A DNA stretch of 63,477 nt, filler included, from Octopus bimaculoides (Eukaryota): assembly GCF_001194135.2 (NCBI RefSeq). It is 5 parts of 4 records of this genome, joined end to end, with 100 filler letters (N's around TTAATTAATTAA, not from the genome) between each part and the next. Parts side by side here need not be neighbours in the genome. Positions count along the whole stretch, not along the records: positions 27,020 to 37,987 come from NC_068986.1; positions 38,088 to 59,203 come from NC_068986.1; 3 more parts are not named here. The stretch is one strand, 5' to 3'. The translations under genes were made by a program, and so were the position numbers. Under the pieces are notes generated by a model. That model was not told the origin of the DNA. It worked only from the letters and a program-made list of their open reading frames with translations, and ran no database searches. Positions 27,020 through 41,093 of the stretch are shown in pieces; the first letter of the stretch is position 1, and each line of letters begins with the position of its first letter.

Positions 27020-27670
27020 AAGAGGAGGTGGAAAAGGAAGAGGAGGTGGAAAAGGAAGAGGAGGTGGAAAAGGAAGAGGAGGTGGAAAAGGAAGCGGAGG
27101 TGGAGGACGACGACGACGAAGAAGGGGAGGAGGAGGGGGATAAATATGATTCTGGTGGTGGTGGTGGTGGTGGTGGTGGTGAAGACGGGAATGAGTACAG
27201 CGGTTGCAGTGATGATGGTGGTGATGCTAATGATGATGATGATAATAAATTTGATTGTGGCGATGGTGGTGGTGGTGGTGGTGGTGATGGTAATTATGAT
27301 GATGAGGAGGAGTGGAAGATAGTGGTGGTGGTAAAGATGATGACGGTGATGACGACGATGATGATGAACATGATGATGATGATGATGATAATGGTGACGG
27401 TGGCGACGGGTGATGAGGATGATAGTGGTGGTGATGACAGTGGCGCTTCTGGTGATGATGATGACAAACGGTAATGTAGTTGAGGCAGAAGTGGACACTA
27501 ATGGCAGAGATGGTGGCGGGGTTCGTAATAATTGTAATAAGCACAGAGATGATGATGGTCATGATGATGATGATGATGATGATCGTGATGATGATGATGA
27601 TGATGATCGTGATGATGATCATCATCATCATGCTGGCAGTGGTGGGGTGGGGTGGGTGTGGTGGCTGCAC
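27020..27670. repeat. Low-complexity mixed trinucleotide tract, including an 18-bp gaggaggtggaaaaggaa repeat x4
   Basis: (GGT)n, (GAT)n and (GAG)n blocks; explains the poly-D/G/M/H ORFs. Confidence 0.9.
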
Positions 27671-28584
27671 TTACTGCAACTATTGACAGTGAGAGCAATA
27701 GTAATTCTACCACATCCGACTACAATACCATAGCGAACAAACGAGTCAGCTACTACCTGGCTGCTAAACTTACTGGAAATAGCAGCCAATTAGAGTTCCA
27801 TCAAATATAGTTCCTTCCGAGTTTCTATATTATTTCTTCTTCTTCTTCTTCTTCTTCTTCTTCTTCTTCTTCTTCTTCTTCTTCTTCTTCTTCTTCTTCT
27901 GTTAAAAATCACAGGAATTTTCAATGGCCGGATAACTGAAGACATGTTGGCNNNNNNNNNNNNNNNNNNNNNNNNNNNNNNNNNNNNNNNNNNNNNNNNN
28001 NNNNNNNNNNNNNNNNNNNNNNNNNNNNNNNNNNNNNNNNNNNNNNNNNNNNNNNNNNNNNNNNNNNNNNNNNNNNNNNNNNNNNNNNNNNNNNNNNNNN
28101 NNNNNNNNNNNNNNNNNNNNNNNNNNNNNNNNNNNNNNNNNNNNNNNNNNNNNNNNNNNNNNNNNNNNNNNNNNNNNNNNNNNNNNNNNNNNNNNNNNNN
28201 NNNNNNNNNNNNNNNNNNNNNNNNNNNNNNNNNNNNNNNNNNNNNNNNNNNNNNNNNNNNNNNNNNNNNNNNNNNNNNNNNNNNNNNNNNNNNNNNNNNN
28301 NNNNNNNNNNNNNNNNNNNNNNNNNNNNNNNNNNNNNNNNNNNNNNNNNNNNNNNNNNNNNNNNNNNNNNNNNNNNNNNNNNNNNNNNNNNNNNNNNNNN
28401 NNNNNNNNNNNNNNNNNNNNNNNNNNNNNNNNNNNNNNNNNNNNNNNNNNNNNNNNAGCAGCGTGAAATGAAGTTGTTTTTTCCTGAAGAACAAAAACGC
28501 ACGTCTAGCATTTGAAACCACGATCTTGCGAACAACACCTTAACAACTAGACGATGTGACTTCTCACAACGCACACGCACAAAT

Positions 28585-28617
<33 letters not shown>

Positions 28618-29188
28618 CACACACAAACACACACACACAAACACACACACACAAACACACACACACACAAACACACACACACATGTATGTGTAATAATAA
28701 CCATTTGATAACATTATGTGTGATTGCAATAAGCGACTTCTATTATAAGTGGTGCACTTACAATCTCCGTGTCCTTTCTGTTATAGTACATTCAGAGCTA
28801 CTTTTTTCTAACTAGCATTTGCATTCATTTTAAGATGAAGAGGTTAGATAGATTTTACAGCTAATTATAGCAGTTCGATCCATCGAATATATACACAACC
28901 CACTTTTGCTTGAGTGTATTGTATATTTGGTGTTTGGGTGTGTAAATTTATACATGTGTGCTTGTGTGTTTGTAGGTGTATGTGTGTGTGTATGTGTGTG
29001 TGTGCGTGATTGTGCGTGTGATTGTAGAACTGGACAATAAAATTCTATTCGATACCCTTTATGTTTGTAGTTTTATTTTTTGCATTAAAATGGCAGCTAA
29101 TAATGCAAAAATAAAGACGAGCACGTGAGCATTCATATCTTTTTATACATACAAGGGTATACAAACGCACATACACACACACACACAT

Positions 29189-29223
<35 letters not shown>

Positions 29224-29583
29224 ATACATTTCTGTACATAAATATGTTATGTATGTATGTGGGCATGCATATTCATATATGTGTATACACTCACACACAC
29301 ATATATATATATATATATGTGCATGTGTATGTGTATTATAACTACATACATAAGCAAACACACACGTATACAAGCATTTATATACGTATATATGTGTGTG
29401 TGTGTGTATACATATATATGTGATGATTTATAGATAAATAGATGATGAGGAGTTTGTAATTGTGCATATACATACATGTGTGTGTGAATGTGTGTGTGTA
29501 TGTACACATACATACAAGCATACATACATACGTACGTACGTACGTACATAAATGTGTATGTGTGTGCGCGCGCGCGTGTCTGA

Positions 29584-29615
<32 letters not shown>

Positions 29616-30027
29616 CTGAGCGATGCCTATGCAAACATGACCAGCAAATTCGCAACAATTCTCTAGTGGTTATTTTGCACTAATTACTGATGGTAATCCC
29701 TTGCTGGTGGGGTGTTCTGTTTGGCTTCAGTGAATGCGTAATAATCAATACTTGTAGATTATTGAATGTGATAGCAGATAAACCGCAACGTGAGATTGAG
29801 TTAACAATATAATTATGACCAAGAGCTGGACGACGAACGATCGTACATCATGGCGCATGTTCTGCGAAAAATTCAATTCTGTGAACTATGATGAAATAAA
29901 AGAAACTCCTTACTTCAATGACGAATACAGACGGGTATTTCGTTATGGCTTTTTGTATTAGTCTTATTTATATGTAAATTAAATGGGTTTATTATGAGTG
30001 TGTCTATGCTTATACATTTGTTTGGAC

Positions 30028-30176
30028 CAGACATGGCTGTGTGGTAAGAAGCTTGCTCCCCAACCACATGGTTCTGGGTTCAAAACCATTACGTGGCACC
30101 TTGGGCAAGTGTCTTCTACTATAGCCTCGGGTCTTGTGGGTGAATTTGGCAGACGGAAACCGAAAGAAACCCGTCG
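30028..30176 (+). mobile_element. SINE family 2 head (tRNA-like region plus accttgggcaag core)
   Basis: tggctgtgtggtaag A-box-like; ggttca B-box-like; ends ccgtcg then (TA)n. Confidence 0.85.
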
Positions 30177-30227
<51 letters not shown>

Positions 30228-30349
30228 NNNNNNNNNNNNNNNNNNNNNNNNNNNNNNNNNNNAACATAAATAATATGTAACTATATGCATATATCCATAC
30301 ATATATGTACATACCGACATCTATATGTATACATACATGCATATATGGG

Positions 30350-30690
30350 TACAGGACATCACAAAAAACGTTAAACACAATGAGAAACGAAAACATAAAA
30401 ACGAAGACAGAAAACGACCTTTTTTTGAACAACGAAAAACAAACAGAGAAACGTGACATGCAACACAAAGAATATTTCCTTTCTTCAGTTGTACCTGTTC
30501 CATCTACTCCGCGTTTCGAATGCAAGGACAATACGCGACTTCGTTGGAACAGTCCTTCCCGCAAAGCAAATTAAAATAAAATTTGGAATTCTTTGCGGAG
30601 GGTGAAAGTGTAAACAAGAACAGGACTGAGGACAAGACAGTAAAAACAAAACAGAACAGTGAAAACAAACGGTAAGGGTTGTTAGGTCAT
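30350..30690. mobile_element. Unassigned repeat, possibly a Penelope-like terminal region
   Basis: A-rich structure with a cgcgtttcgaa motif reminiscent of PLE pseudo-LTRs; from recall only. Confidence 0.3.
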
Positions 30691-30698
30691 ATATATAT

Positions 30699-31493
30699 AG
30701 GCATACCGCAGCTTAAGTCGTTCTCGATTATACGTCGGTTTTTCAAAACTAATGTATTGAAAAATAAAAATCAAGTTAAGCCATTTTAGTCGACTTTACG
30801 TCTGTCCACCACAAGTATTGGAATGGTAAAATCAACAGAAAACCGTTAAAAAGCACATAAAATCATGTTACTGTACAAAAAATAAGAATAAAAGGATATA
30901 AAATCATATTAAAATATGTACAGTAAGTGTTAAGATACACACCATAAAGTAGTGTAGCTTAGTGAACGAAATCATGAAATCAGCTGTTTTGTCTTATTTA
31001 TCCGTCTTTCGGAGCTCATATTGCACAGTATTTCTAATATCTACCGTTAAGCGTCGCTGTCACATGTGATTCCCGCAATTGCTTTGAATTCAGATTTGTT
31101 TATCTGTTTATCGGCTACTTTTTCATTCTCATTCATTTGCGACTTCATTTCTTGCCCCCATGGCTCCTAAGAAAATTCATAGTGAAAGTGTCAAGCGCCA
31201 TGTTATTACGCGGGAAGAAAAACTGGCTATGATAAAACGCCATGAAAAAGGTGAAAAAGGGGTAGCAATTACACGATCTTTGGGGATGAGTCGGACAACT
31301 GTATCGGCGATTGTACATAATAAGGACAAGATATTAGTACATATCAAAGCTGAAGCCCCAAGGATGAAGAACACTGTCATCAATAAGAAACGAGGCAAAA
31401 TCGTTGAATTAGAGTCTTTTTTCTCTTTGGATTGATAGGGTGAATCGGCAGCGTGCTACTATTAGTCAAGAAATCATTCAAGAGAAAGCGATT
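30699..31493 (+). mobile_element. Tigger/pogo DNA transposon 5' portion, truncated
   Basis: ORF 31160-31435 KRHVITREEKLAMIKRHEKGEKGVAITRSLGMSRTTVSAI is a CENP-B/psq-type HTH; frameshifted continuation (..ISQEIIQEKA) is cut by a SINE fragment. Confidence 0.8.
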
Positions 31494-31570
31494 TGTTCGA
31501 CTAAATCCTTCAAGGTAGTGTCCTAGTATGGCCGTAAGCTAATGAGTGAAGTAAGTAAAAGATAAAAGAT
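31494..31570 (+). mobile_element. SINE family 2 3'-tail fragment
   Basis: gttcgactaaa...tatggccg..tgaagtaagtaaaagataaaag is the reverse complement of 50586-50665. Confidence 0.65.
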
Positions 31571-31896
31571 AAGATAGATAGATAGATAGATAGATAGATT
31601 TATTATACAGATATACATACGTATTACAAATTCGTTCAAGAAATCCCGGATAAACCTCCTAAACCCGGATGTCTCCGTTAACAATAACTCTCTACTCGAG
31701 TACGCCATGTTGTCCGATTCTTGATTTGAATGAATTCGCGCCAGGTGGTGCTAGTAAGTTAGATATGGCTTGCGCCAATACTGGCCGAAACCTATCAAAG
31801 TATATATATACCCAGATATGCATCTATATATACAGGTAGATGTAAGTATGTACATACATGTACGTATATATACATATACTCATTTATTATTTGTAT

Positions 31897-31980
<84 letters not shown>

Positions 31981-32244
31981 GATAGATAGATAGATAGATT
32001 CAAGTAAAAGATATCTGGACACTTTCATAGACATGAATGTTATAGATAGTTACACGAGTAAAAAACGTAACTCGCATGCACCTTACATGTATGAATATTT
32101 ATATGATGTTTATATGATTGCGCATATCTTTAAGTACGTGTATATGTATCTCTGTGTGTATATACACATGCATATTATATTCATATGTATTTAATATATT
32201 TTCAGGCACACATATATATACGCGCACACATGCATGTAAATGTG

Positions 32245-32275
<31 letters not shown>

Positions 32276-33289
32276 ATATATATATATATGACAGTATGTA
32301 TGTAATTTCATATATATTCATATATATAAATATACATGTATGTATATGTATATATATGCGTGTGTGTTTATATTTGTATATATGTTTGTGTTTGTATATA
32401 CGTGTATGTATGTAGGGTGCGAATATGGTGCGATATACATGCATACATATATATATATACACATATATAAATGTGTGTGCTGTGTGGCCTGCCTGTGCGC
32501 CTGCGAATGTAAATATGTGTGTATGTGTGCGTGTATATATGTATGTGTTTGGGATGCGTTTGTTTTATGTGGGTGGTGTGAGTGGTTGATATGTTGATTG
32601 CTAGTTGGTGTTTATATTTGTTCTTATAGGATAGATAGTGAGTTTTGTTGAGGACGCTGTATTTATTTAGCCTATTAATCATCTCTATTTTCCTCCATGT
32701 CTCCAATTAATAGCTGGCTATATAAACCTCATAGCGTTCTGTTTTATTTGGCCAGTATTTTTTTTTATCATTTATTTTCCATTTTTTTTCTCCTTCTTTT
32801 CTATTTCCCTGCTTAACAAATTATTTATTAAAGAGGAAAATACAAGTTATCTTGATCCAGAATTAGTGACCAATCACCATTTAATTATAGCAACCAGCTT
32901 TAAGTTAAATAGTCGATTTGGTTTCGTTTCTCGGTGGAAAACTCGAATTTGCTTCATTTATGCAAGAAATTGTCCTTGTGAAAATCATGAATGACACGGT
33001 GTCTTATTTCTGCTCTCAAAACGCTATTTCAGATCTGTTATTTGTTGTTTGTCTTCAGTTGAAACCAATGTTAACCTGACTTTTGTGGTAAGCCATGCAA
33101 AGCAAGAAGTTATCTCCATCCGTATTGATTATTCGAGCCAGTTTGAAACCACAGTCAAGTAACCGAGACTAATATTGTATTTGCTTTATGCTGCCAGCGC
33201 CCGTGAGAACAGCATGAACGTTAGTGAACCTCATTTGCTTCTTGTATAGTTTTGTGTTAATTATGATCACCATCCTCTAACAATTATGG

Positions 33290-33450
33290 AAGATTAGTAG
33301 AGTCAGCTTAGCATTGGGCAAAATAATTTGCGGTATTTAGTTCCAGTACTTTATTTTCTGAGTTTCAAATTCTGCCGAGGCTAGCTTTACTTTCATCACT
33401 CAAGTGTCGATAAAATAAAGTTTCAATCAAATTCTAAAGTCTATTTAATC
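33290..33450 (+). mobile_element. Degenerate SINE family 1 copy
   Basis: gcggtattt...ctgagtttcaaattctgccgagg...gtcgataaaataa. Confidence 0.65.
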
Positions 33451-33532
33451 GATTGACACCGATAACTCCCGGATTTTTCTTCAGCAAAAGACGTCAATAG
33501 AGAAACTTAAAAGAATCATCTTAATACTACTT

Positions 33533-33853
33533 GAAGGTGTGTAGTTTAGTGGTTAGTGTTTTCGACTCACGATCGTAAAGTCGTGTGTTCGATTCCCAGT
33601 GACACAAACTGTCTTGCGCAAGACATTTTATTTTCATGTTGATGCAGTTCACTCAGCTGGCAAAAATTAGTCGTACCTGTAATTCAAGGACCAACCTTGT
33701 TACATTGTGTGTCACTATGAATCTTCCTGCGAACTTCATTAAAAGTACGCGTGTTTGTGGAGTTCTCAGTCACTTGCAAGTTAATTTTACGAACAAGCTC
33801 TTCCGTTGATTGGATCAATTGTAACATTCGTCGTCGTAACCGACGGAGTGCCA
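33533..33853 (+). mobile_element. tRNA-derived SINE family 3
   Basis: A box tagtttagtggttag, B box gttcgattcc, followed by a non-tRNA body. Confidence 0.7.
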
Positions 33854-34099
33854 ATTAATACTGATTGTGCATTCTTTTAAGAGTGAAAGTGCGCTTAAAC
33901 CCTCGGGGCCACATTAATCACGACGCTCAGCGCTTACTCCCCAGAACGCCAGCCGTGGAGAATCACACCACCTCTTGCACGTGTCATCGTTCCTTCGGGT
34001 TTTTGATAGTCAAGGGTTCAAGAGGAACATCAATAGTATTAATCTCGAAAGTCTCCGAGGGCGGGAAAAATACACCGGCGCCGCCCCTTTCACAACGAC

Positions 34100-34520
34100 A
34101 CAAGTAAAATGGTAAGAAGATGCAGGTGAGGCTCAGAATTTTCTTCAGGTTGAGTAGCTCATCTCGTTCAAAAGGTGCCTGAATAAGGTTTGTGTAAAGA
34201 TGATGAACGAAACACCCACGTTTCCAGAGTTAAAAATTATTCAAATCCCAAAGAATTCCTCTAAACACATGGCTATGATGTTCCCACAATACTGTTCGTG
34301 ATCAGAGATGCACATATCGTCAGCCAGTAAGGGACATGCTCAACTAGTTATGGTCAAGCAACTGACCAGCAAATCTGTGATATGGAGCTGAATACTTGCT
34401 GTAGTCCATCTTTTATATATATATATATGTATACCAAGACAAAACATGTACATGATAAAACTTCCAATCAGTTAAGATCAAAAGCCATGGGAGCCACTGT
34501 CTAGCACTGCATCGGGGCAT
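34100..34520 (+). mobile_element. Probable LINE 3' region ending in a (TTA)n/(TAG)n tail
   Basis: Ends ...gcactgcatcggggc then (TTA)n and (TAG)n at 34519-34630; family unassigned. Confidence 0.4.
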
Positions 34521-34537
34521 TATTATTATTATCATTA

Positions 34538-34631
<94 letters not shown>

Positions 34632-35257
34632 GCTGCCACTAGGGTTGATGTCGAAGATGATGATAATGTCATCGAAAACAATAAGACATTGATAACATGA
34701 TAATGCTCATAGGCAGGGTGGGGGACACGACGACGCTCAACGAACATGGAGCAAAGAAATTATATGGTGGTAGTGGTGGTGATCAAAAAAGCCGGCTGGA
34801 TTCTGTGTTGAAGTTGCCTTCTAGAACGAGTTAATTAACCTCTGCCATTTCACAAGGCAAACAAGTAGAAAGTTGAGGTTTCAAATCCAGGTGTCCCTAC
34901 TCATCTTTAAACAAATCATCAAAAACCCCTTTTAAAGTTGGACTGACCAACGGTCAACGCTGAAAATAAACAGACAACGCAGAGGAGGAATGGTTAAGAA
35001 GAGTTCTCCAGCAGCTCTCAATCGCCATTTCATCTCACACACATACACACGCACACATACAGAGGATACAACAGCACTCAAGCGAAAGAGACACATACAC
35101 ATGCGAACAGCATACATAGGCACTCAAGCAAAAGAGAGAGACACACAGACACACACGTACAACATATATATACATATATACAGACACACGCACACGCATA
35201 CAAATACACATACACACACACTTATACAGAGCATTCATACACACTCATGCAAAACAG

Positions 35258-35301
<44 letters not shown>

Positions 35302-36041
35302 GTATATATANNNNNNNNNNNNNNNNNNNNNNNNNNNNNNNNNNNNNNNNNNNNNNNNNNNNNNNNNNNNNNNNNNNNNNNNNNNNNNNNNNNNNNNNNN
35401 NNNNNNNNNNNNNNNNNNNCGAACAGCATACATAGGCACTCAAGCAAAAGAGAGAGACACACAGACACACACGTACAACATATATATACATATATATATA
35501 CAGCATAGGCACTCAAACAAGAGAAAGGTACACACACACTCAAACGCACACACACACGCGCACATTACAACATACGTACGCACATACACACATGTACTCA
35601 TGTACATGGAGAGACACGTATTCGCTTACGCAAGTTCACAGATATATGCACATACATGTACATACATATCAAAACCATATTCGGAAATTCGCGTAAACAC
35701 ACACACACATCATCTAGATACGTGTATACAAGCATGCGCGTACAATCCCATACACACTTATATGTACACATTAAACACACACACACACATAAACACTCAC
35801 ACTCAGACATAAAAGTCATATACACTGACGTATACATAAAAATACATTGATGCTTACATACACGCATACACTCAATATAGATATTCACGTGTAGCTGCAC
35901 TCAAACACGAACATAAACAGAAGTACAGGTTCAGACACTCATACTCACACATAATCGCACTCATATACACACATTCTCTCAGACATCCATATACATACGC
36001 ACAATCACGTACACAAATACACACACACATATACACATACA

Positions 36042-36086
<45 letters not shown>

Positions 36087-36157
36087 GCATACAGATATAT
36101 ACCCACGCACAATCACATCCATTCGCTCTCAGACACGCATTCATACAGACACATAGA

Positions 36158-36189
<32 letters not shown>

Positions 36190-36576
36190 ATCACACATAT
36201 TCAGACACACACACCCGCACACATATTCACATAAACACACACACACAAACATGCACATAGACTCCCACAGAGACGTACAGTCATACAGACCAAGCGCACA
36301 CACACACACACACACACACAAACATACACACACATATGCCCAGACACCCATAAATACACATGCGCTGACTATCATATACATTCAGACATACATTCACGCC
36401 TTTATAGACCTGCAATCATACACATATACACATACACACATTCAGACACAACCAGACACTTACACTTGCGTGCGAACGCGCACACGCACACGCATATACG
36501 GGGTGCACATTGTTACCCGGAAGAACAGCAGTTCTAACCAGCCTTCACGCTAGATCATGCGAGTTTTCTGGGTGCA

Positions 36577-36624
<48 letters not shown>

Positions 36625-36625
36625 C

Positions 36626-36672
<47 letters not shown>

Positions 36673-37203
36673 CATCTATCTATCTATCTATATATATATN
36701 NNNNNNNNNNNNNNNNNNNNNNNNNNNNNNNNNNNNNNNNNNNNNNNNNNNNNNNNNNNNNNNNNNNNNNNNNNNNNNNNNNNNNNNNNNNNNNNNNNNN
36801 NNNNNNNNNNNNNNNNNNNNNNNNNNNNNNNNNNNNNNNNNNNNNNNNNNNNNNNNNNNNNNNNNNNNNNNNNNNNNNNNNNNNNNNNNNNNNNNNNNNN
36901 NNNNNNNNNNNNNNNNNNNNNNNNNNNNNNNNNNNNNNNNNNNNNNNNNNNNNNNNNNNNNNNNNNNNNNNNTGGACAGCGATTGAGAATGGGAGGCGAG
37001 GGTAGGAGAGATGGATGAGGTATGAGTGACAGTGAGAGGGAGAGGAGACGGGGGTGGGAGACAGACTGAGAGAAAAAGGTGCAGGGTGTTTTAGGGAATG
37101 TTTGTGTGCGTGTGTGTGTATGTGTGTTATAGAGAGAAATAAGCGTACAGTGATTTGAGGAAGTGAGACGGGGGTGGGGCAGAGAGAAAACAATGCAGAG
37201 AGG

Positions 37204-37248
<45 letters not shown>

Positions 37249-37877
37249 AAGTGTAGGGAGAAAGTGATTGTGAAAAGAAGATTGATAGTAAGAAAGAGAG
37301 AGAGAGAAAGTGAAAGAGAGAGAGAGAAAGAGAAAGAAAGAGAGAGAAAGAGAGGGAGAGGGAGAGAAAAGAAAGAGCAGAGACAAAAAGAAAGAGAGAG
37401 AGAAAGAGAAAGAGAAAAAGAGAAAGAGATATAGAAAAATTGAAAGTGAGAGAGAGAAAGTGTGATAGAAGCGTAGAGAGACAGAACAAAGTGAAGGAAG
37501 AGAAAGAAGCAAAGAGAAAGCAAGCGAGGATGTGTGTGTGTGTGTGTGTGTATGTGTGTGTGTGTGTGTGTGTAATAGGTGGTGAGCAGTGGAGAAAGAA
37601 TGGCAAAAATAAATATAAGAGATTTTGTGGTTTAACCCCAGGTCAACTCCGGTGGAACGTGAGTGTGATCAAAGGCATTCCAGCTGCGAATACCTCGCCC
37701 TTTAGAAGTGGTTGGACTGAATTATGTAATAGAAATCTATTTCGTATCTAAGACGTTTCAGGGTGATTTGTGAAAGATTTGACTGCTACTTTTAGAAGAT
37801 CGAACGTTTACATAATCGCCCCATCGTGTTGTTCTCATATATATACATATATATATATATATACACATACATATATA

Positions 37878-37987
37878 CGACGTGTTTCTTTCAGTTTCCG
37901 TCTACCAAATCCACTCACAATGCTTTGGTCGGCTCGAGGCTATTGTAGAAGACACTTGCTCAAGGTGCCACGCAGTGGGACTGAACT
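37878..37987 (-). mobile_element. SINE family 2 head, partial (runs into a gap)
   Basis: Near-identical to 50849-50960. Confidence 0.85.
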
Positions 37988-38087
37988 NNNNNNNNNNNNN
38001 NNNNNNNNNNNNNNNNNNNNNNNNNNNNNNNTTAATTAATTAANNNNNNNNNNNNNNNNNNNNNNNNNNNNNNNNNNNNNNNNNNNN

Positions 38088-38124
<37 letters not shown>

Positions 38125-38499
38125 GTGTGTGTATGTATATCTGTCTGTGTGTCTGTATACATATGCATATACATATATGTACATGTATGTGTGAATATAT
38201 GTACATTTTAAACAAATTTCACACAGTGAATTCCATTGTTTCTAAATATCCTGATCACGTTTCTTTCACGTGGTAGTTCTCAGGATATATGCGCTTACAC
38301 ACACGCACAAACATCCAGGCACACCCACACGCAGTATAAACACAATAACCATTAAAAAGGATAACACAGGAAAAGTAGTTTGGTATATATTTATACATAT
38401 GTACGTATATATAAGTACACACACACACGCACAAATGCACGCACACACAATCAGACAGACAGGCAGACACACATGCACATATATATATACGTATATTCA

Positions 38500-38593
<94 letters not shown>

Positions 38594-38970
38594 NNNNNNN
38601 NNNNNNNNNNNNNNNNNNNNNNNNNNNNNNNNNNNNNNNNNNNNNNNNNNNNNNNNNNNNNNNNNNNNNNNNNNNNNNNNNNNNNNNNNNNNNNNNNNNN
38701 NNNNNNNNNNNNNNNNNNNNNNNNNNNNNNNNNNNNNNNNNNNNNNNNNNNNNNNNNNNNNNNNNNNNNNNNNNNNNNNNNNNNNNNNNNNNNNNNNNNN
38801 NNNNNNNNNNNNNNNNNNNNNNNNNNNNNNNNNNNNNNNNNNNNNNNNNNNNNNNNNNNNNNNNNNNNNNNNNNNNNNNNNNNNNNNNNNNNNNNNNNNN
38901 NNNNNNNNNNNNNNNNNNNNNNNNNNNNNNNNNNNNNNNNNNNNNNNNNNNNNNNNNNNNNNNNNNNNNN

Positions 38971-39026
<56 letters not shown>

Positions 39027-39133
39027 TATATATAGTAATAACTATATATGATATATATGCAGTTATAATTTATTAATGCACATACTTGAACACATACGTA
39101 CATATGTATACATACATATGTACATAGTTTTAT

Positions 39134-39173
<40 letters not shown>

Positions 39174-40100
39174 ACACACACAAACTACACACGTTATTAC
39201 CCTTCATTTTTTATTTTTATTTTTGGCATCTGTTTCTGTTCTTTAGAATTTTAATGTTCCTTTCTTGATGCAATATTTATTTAGAAACCAATATCGAGAT
39301 TTATGAATGAATAGATAAATGACTGCTAATAGTACAGATGCCAGCATAGCTATTGGAAACTTGTTTGCACGCATAAACCAATGTCATACATAGAGAGAGA
39401 GACACTTTCACTTTCGCACAGAGAGACACTCATTCACGGAGATATACAAATACACACAGAAACACATCCAGGCTCACACATAAACAGCAGTATACGAATA
39501 CACACACACACACACACGCACACACATACACGCACACACAAAAGCACCAAGGCATACAATTACGTGCGCGCACATACATACACACATACCACTTATTTAT
39601 ACACAACGTCACATACACGCATGAACTAACAAAGGAAACCCTGTGAGGCTCGTTCGATTTGACAGAAATTATGGCAAAATATCACTTGAAATACACCTCT
39701 TTTTCTTAGTAGAGCAAAGACTTACTGCATTACAGAGAAAATAAAGAGGGTGTTGACGGCTGGAATGCTTTTCTCCATAGATATTGGTTAGGGTTAAATT
39801 GGGACTAAGCAACAACTATATACATTTACATTCCTACACAAAAATACACACGTACACACTCTAATACGCAAAGCTACATACAGACGTTTGTACACGATAG
39901 AAGTTTCTATACCTACGTTTCTGCAGACAAATATTCCCGCGCATACGTACAAACGCATACGCACACACACGCATACACACGCATACACAGACATACAGAT
40001 ACACACGCAAACGTACTTCTGTATACGCATAATTATATGGAACCTCCGGTGTTTTCGACGGTGATTGTTACAGAGGAAAGCGTGCCATTCATTGGTGGTT

Positions 40101-40386
40101 GTGTGCTATTATCGTTAAGTGGTTAGGGCAGCGGACTCACAGTCGGAAAATCGGGGTTTCGATTCCCGGACTGGGCGTTTTGCATGTTTATTGAGCGAAA
40201 ACACCTAACACTCCACGAGGCTCCGGCAGGGGGTGGTGGCGACCCCTGTTGTACTCTTTCTTCCTGTTTCTTGAGTAACGCTGCTATGTACTGGCGTCCC
40301 GTCCAGCTGGGGGGAACGCATATGCCATAGAAACCGGGCCCATGAGCCTGGCTAGGCTTGAAAAGGGCACATAAATAAAATAAAAA
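40101..40386 (+). mobile_element. tRNA-derived SINE family 4
   Basis: A-box-like taagtggttag, B box ttcgattccc, central actggcgtcccgtccag (40290-40306), A-rich tail. Confidence 0.75.
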
Positions 40387-40911
40387 TGGCAGATGAATTA
40401 ATGGCTGCTCTTTGCTTCTCTGTCTGTCTGTCTCACTTGCTCTTTCACAGTTTCTCTTACGCACACACAGACATACAACATACACTCACTGACACGCACA
40501 CGACACACACACATACACGCGCGCGCGCACGCACGCACACACATACACACACACACACACACAGACAGACAGACACACACACACACACACACANNNNNNN
40601 NNNNNNNNNNNNNNNNNNNNNNNNNNNNNNNNNNNNNNNNNNNNNNNNNNNNNNNNNNNNNNNNNNNNNNNNNNNNNNNNNNNNNNNNNNNNNNNNNNNN
40701 NNNNNNNNNNNNNNNNNNNNNNNNNNNNNNNNNNNNNNNNNNNNNNNNNNNNNNNNNNNNNNNNNNNNNNNNNNNNNNNNNNNNNNNNNNNNNNNNNNNN
40801 NNNNNNNNNNNNNNNNNNNNNNNNNNNNNNNNNNNTATATATATGTGTGTGTGTGTGTGTGTGTGGGTGTGTGTATATATGTATGTATATATACATATAT
40901 ATATCTATCTA

Positions 40912-40952
<41 letters not shown>

Positions 40953-41093
40953 CTATCTTTATGCTAAATCCAATAATAATATATATGTCTGCCTATATTA
41001 TAAAGTATTCAACCAGTCTAATCTTAGATATTTCTATCCCTCTGAGATTTATATATCCTCACTTGTACTTTAAGATATATATATATATATATA

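Noticed and set aside
27020-27733. Long poly-D/G/H/M ORFs
   Set aside because: Trinucleotide low-complexity DNA that is open in most frames.
30482-30520. CTGAAGA and GAAAC on the minus strand suggesting a hammerhead ribozyme; also ggc..gccGAAAC at 31767-31791
   Set aside because: Stems I and II do not pair in the first case, and the CUGANGA core is missing in the second.
33050-33170. Strong plus-strand splice pair around a 29-nt segment (33060-33088) and a protein-like minus frame (LLDCGFKLARII..)
   Set aside because: Conflicting strands, no partner exons and no recognised domain.
35104-35501. ~80-bp direct repeat on both sides of the gap at 35311-35419
   Set aside because: Typical unresolved contig overlap across a gap; probably an assembly artefact.
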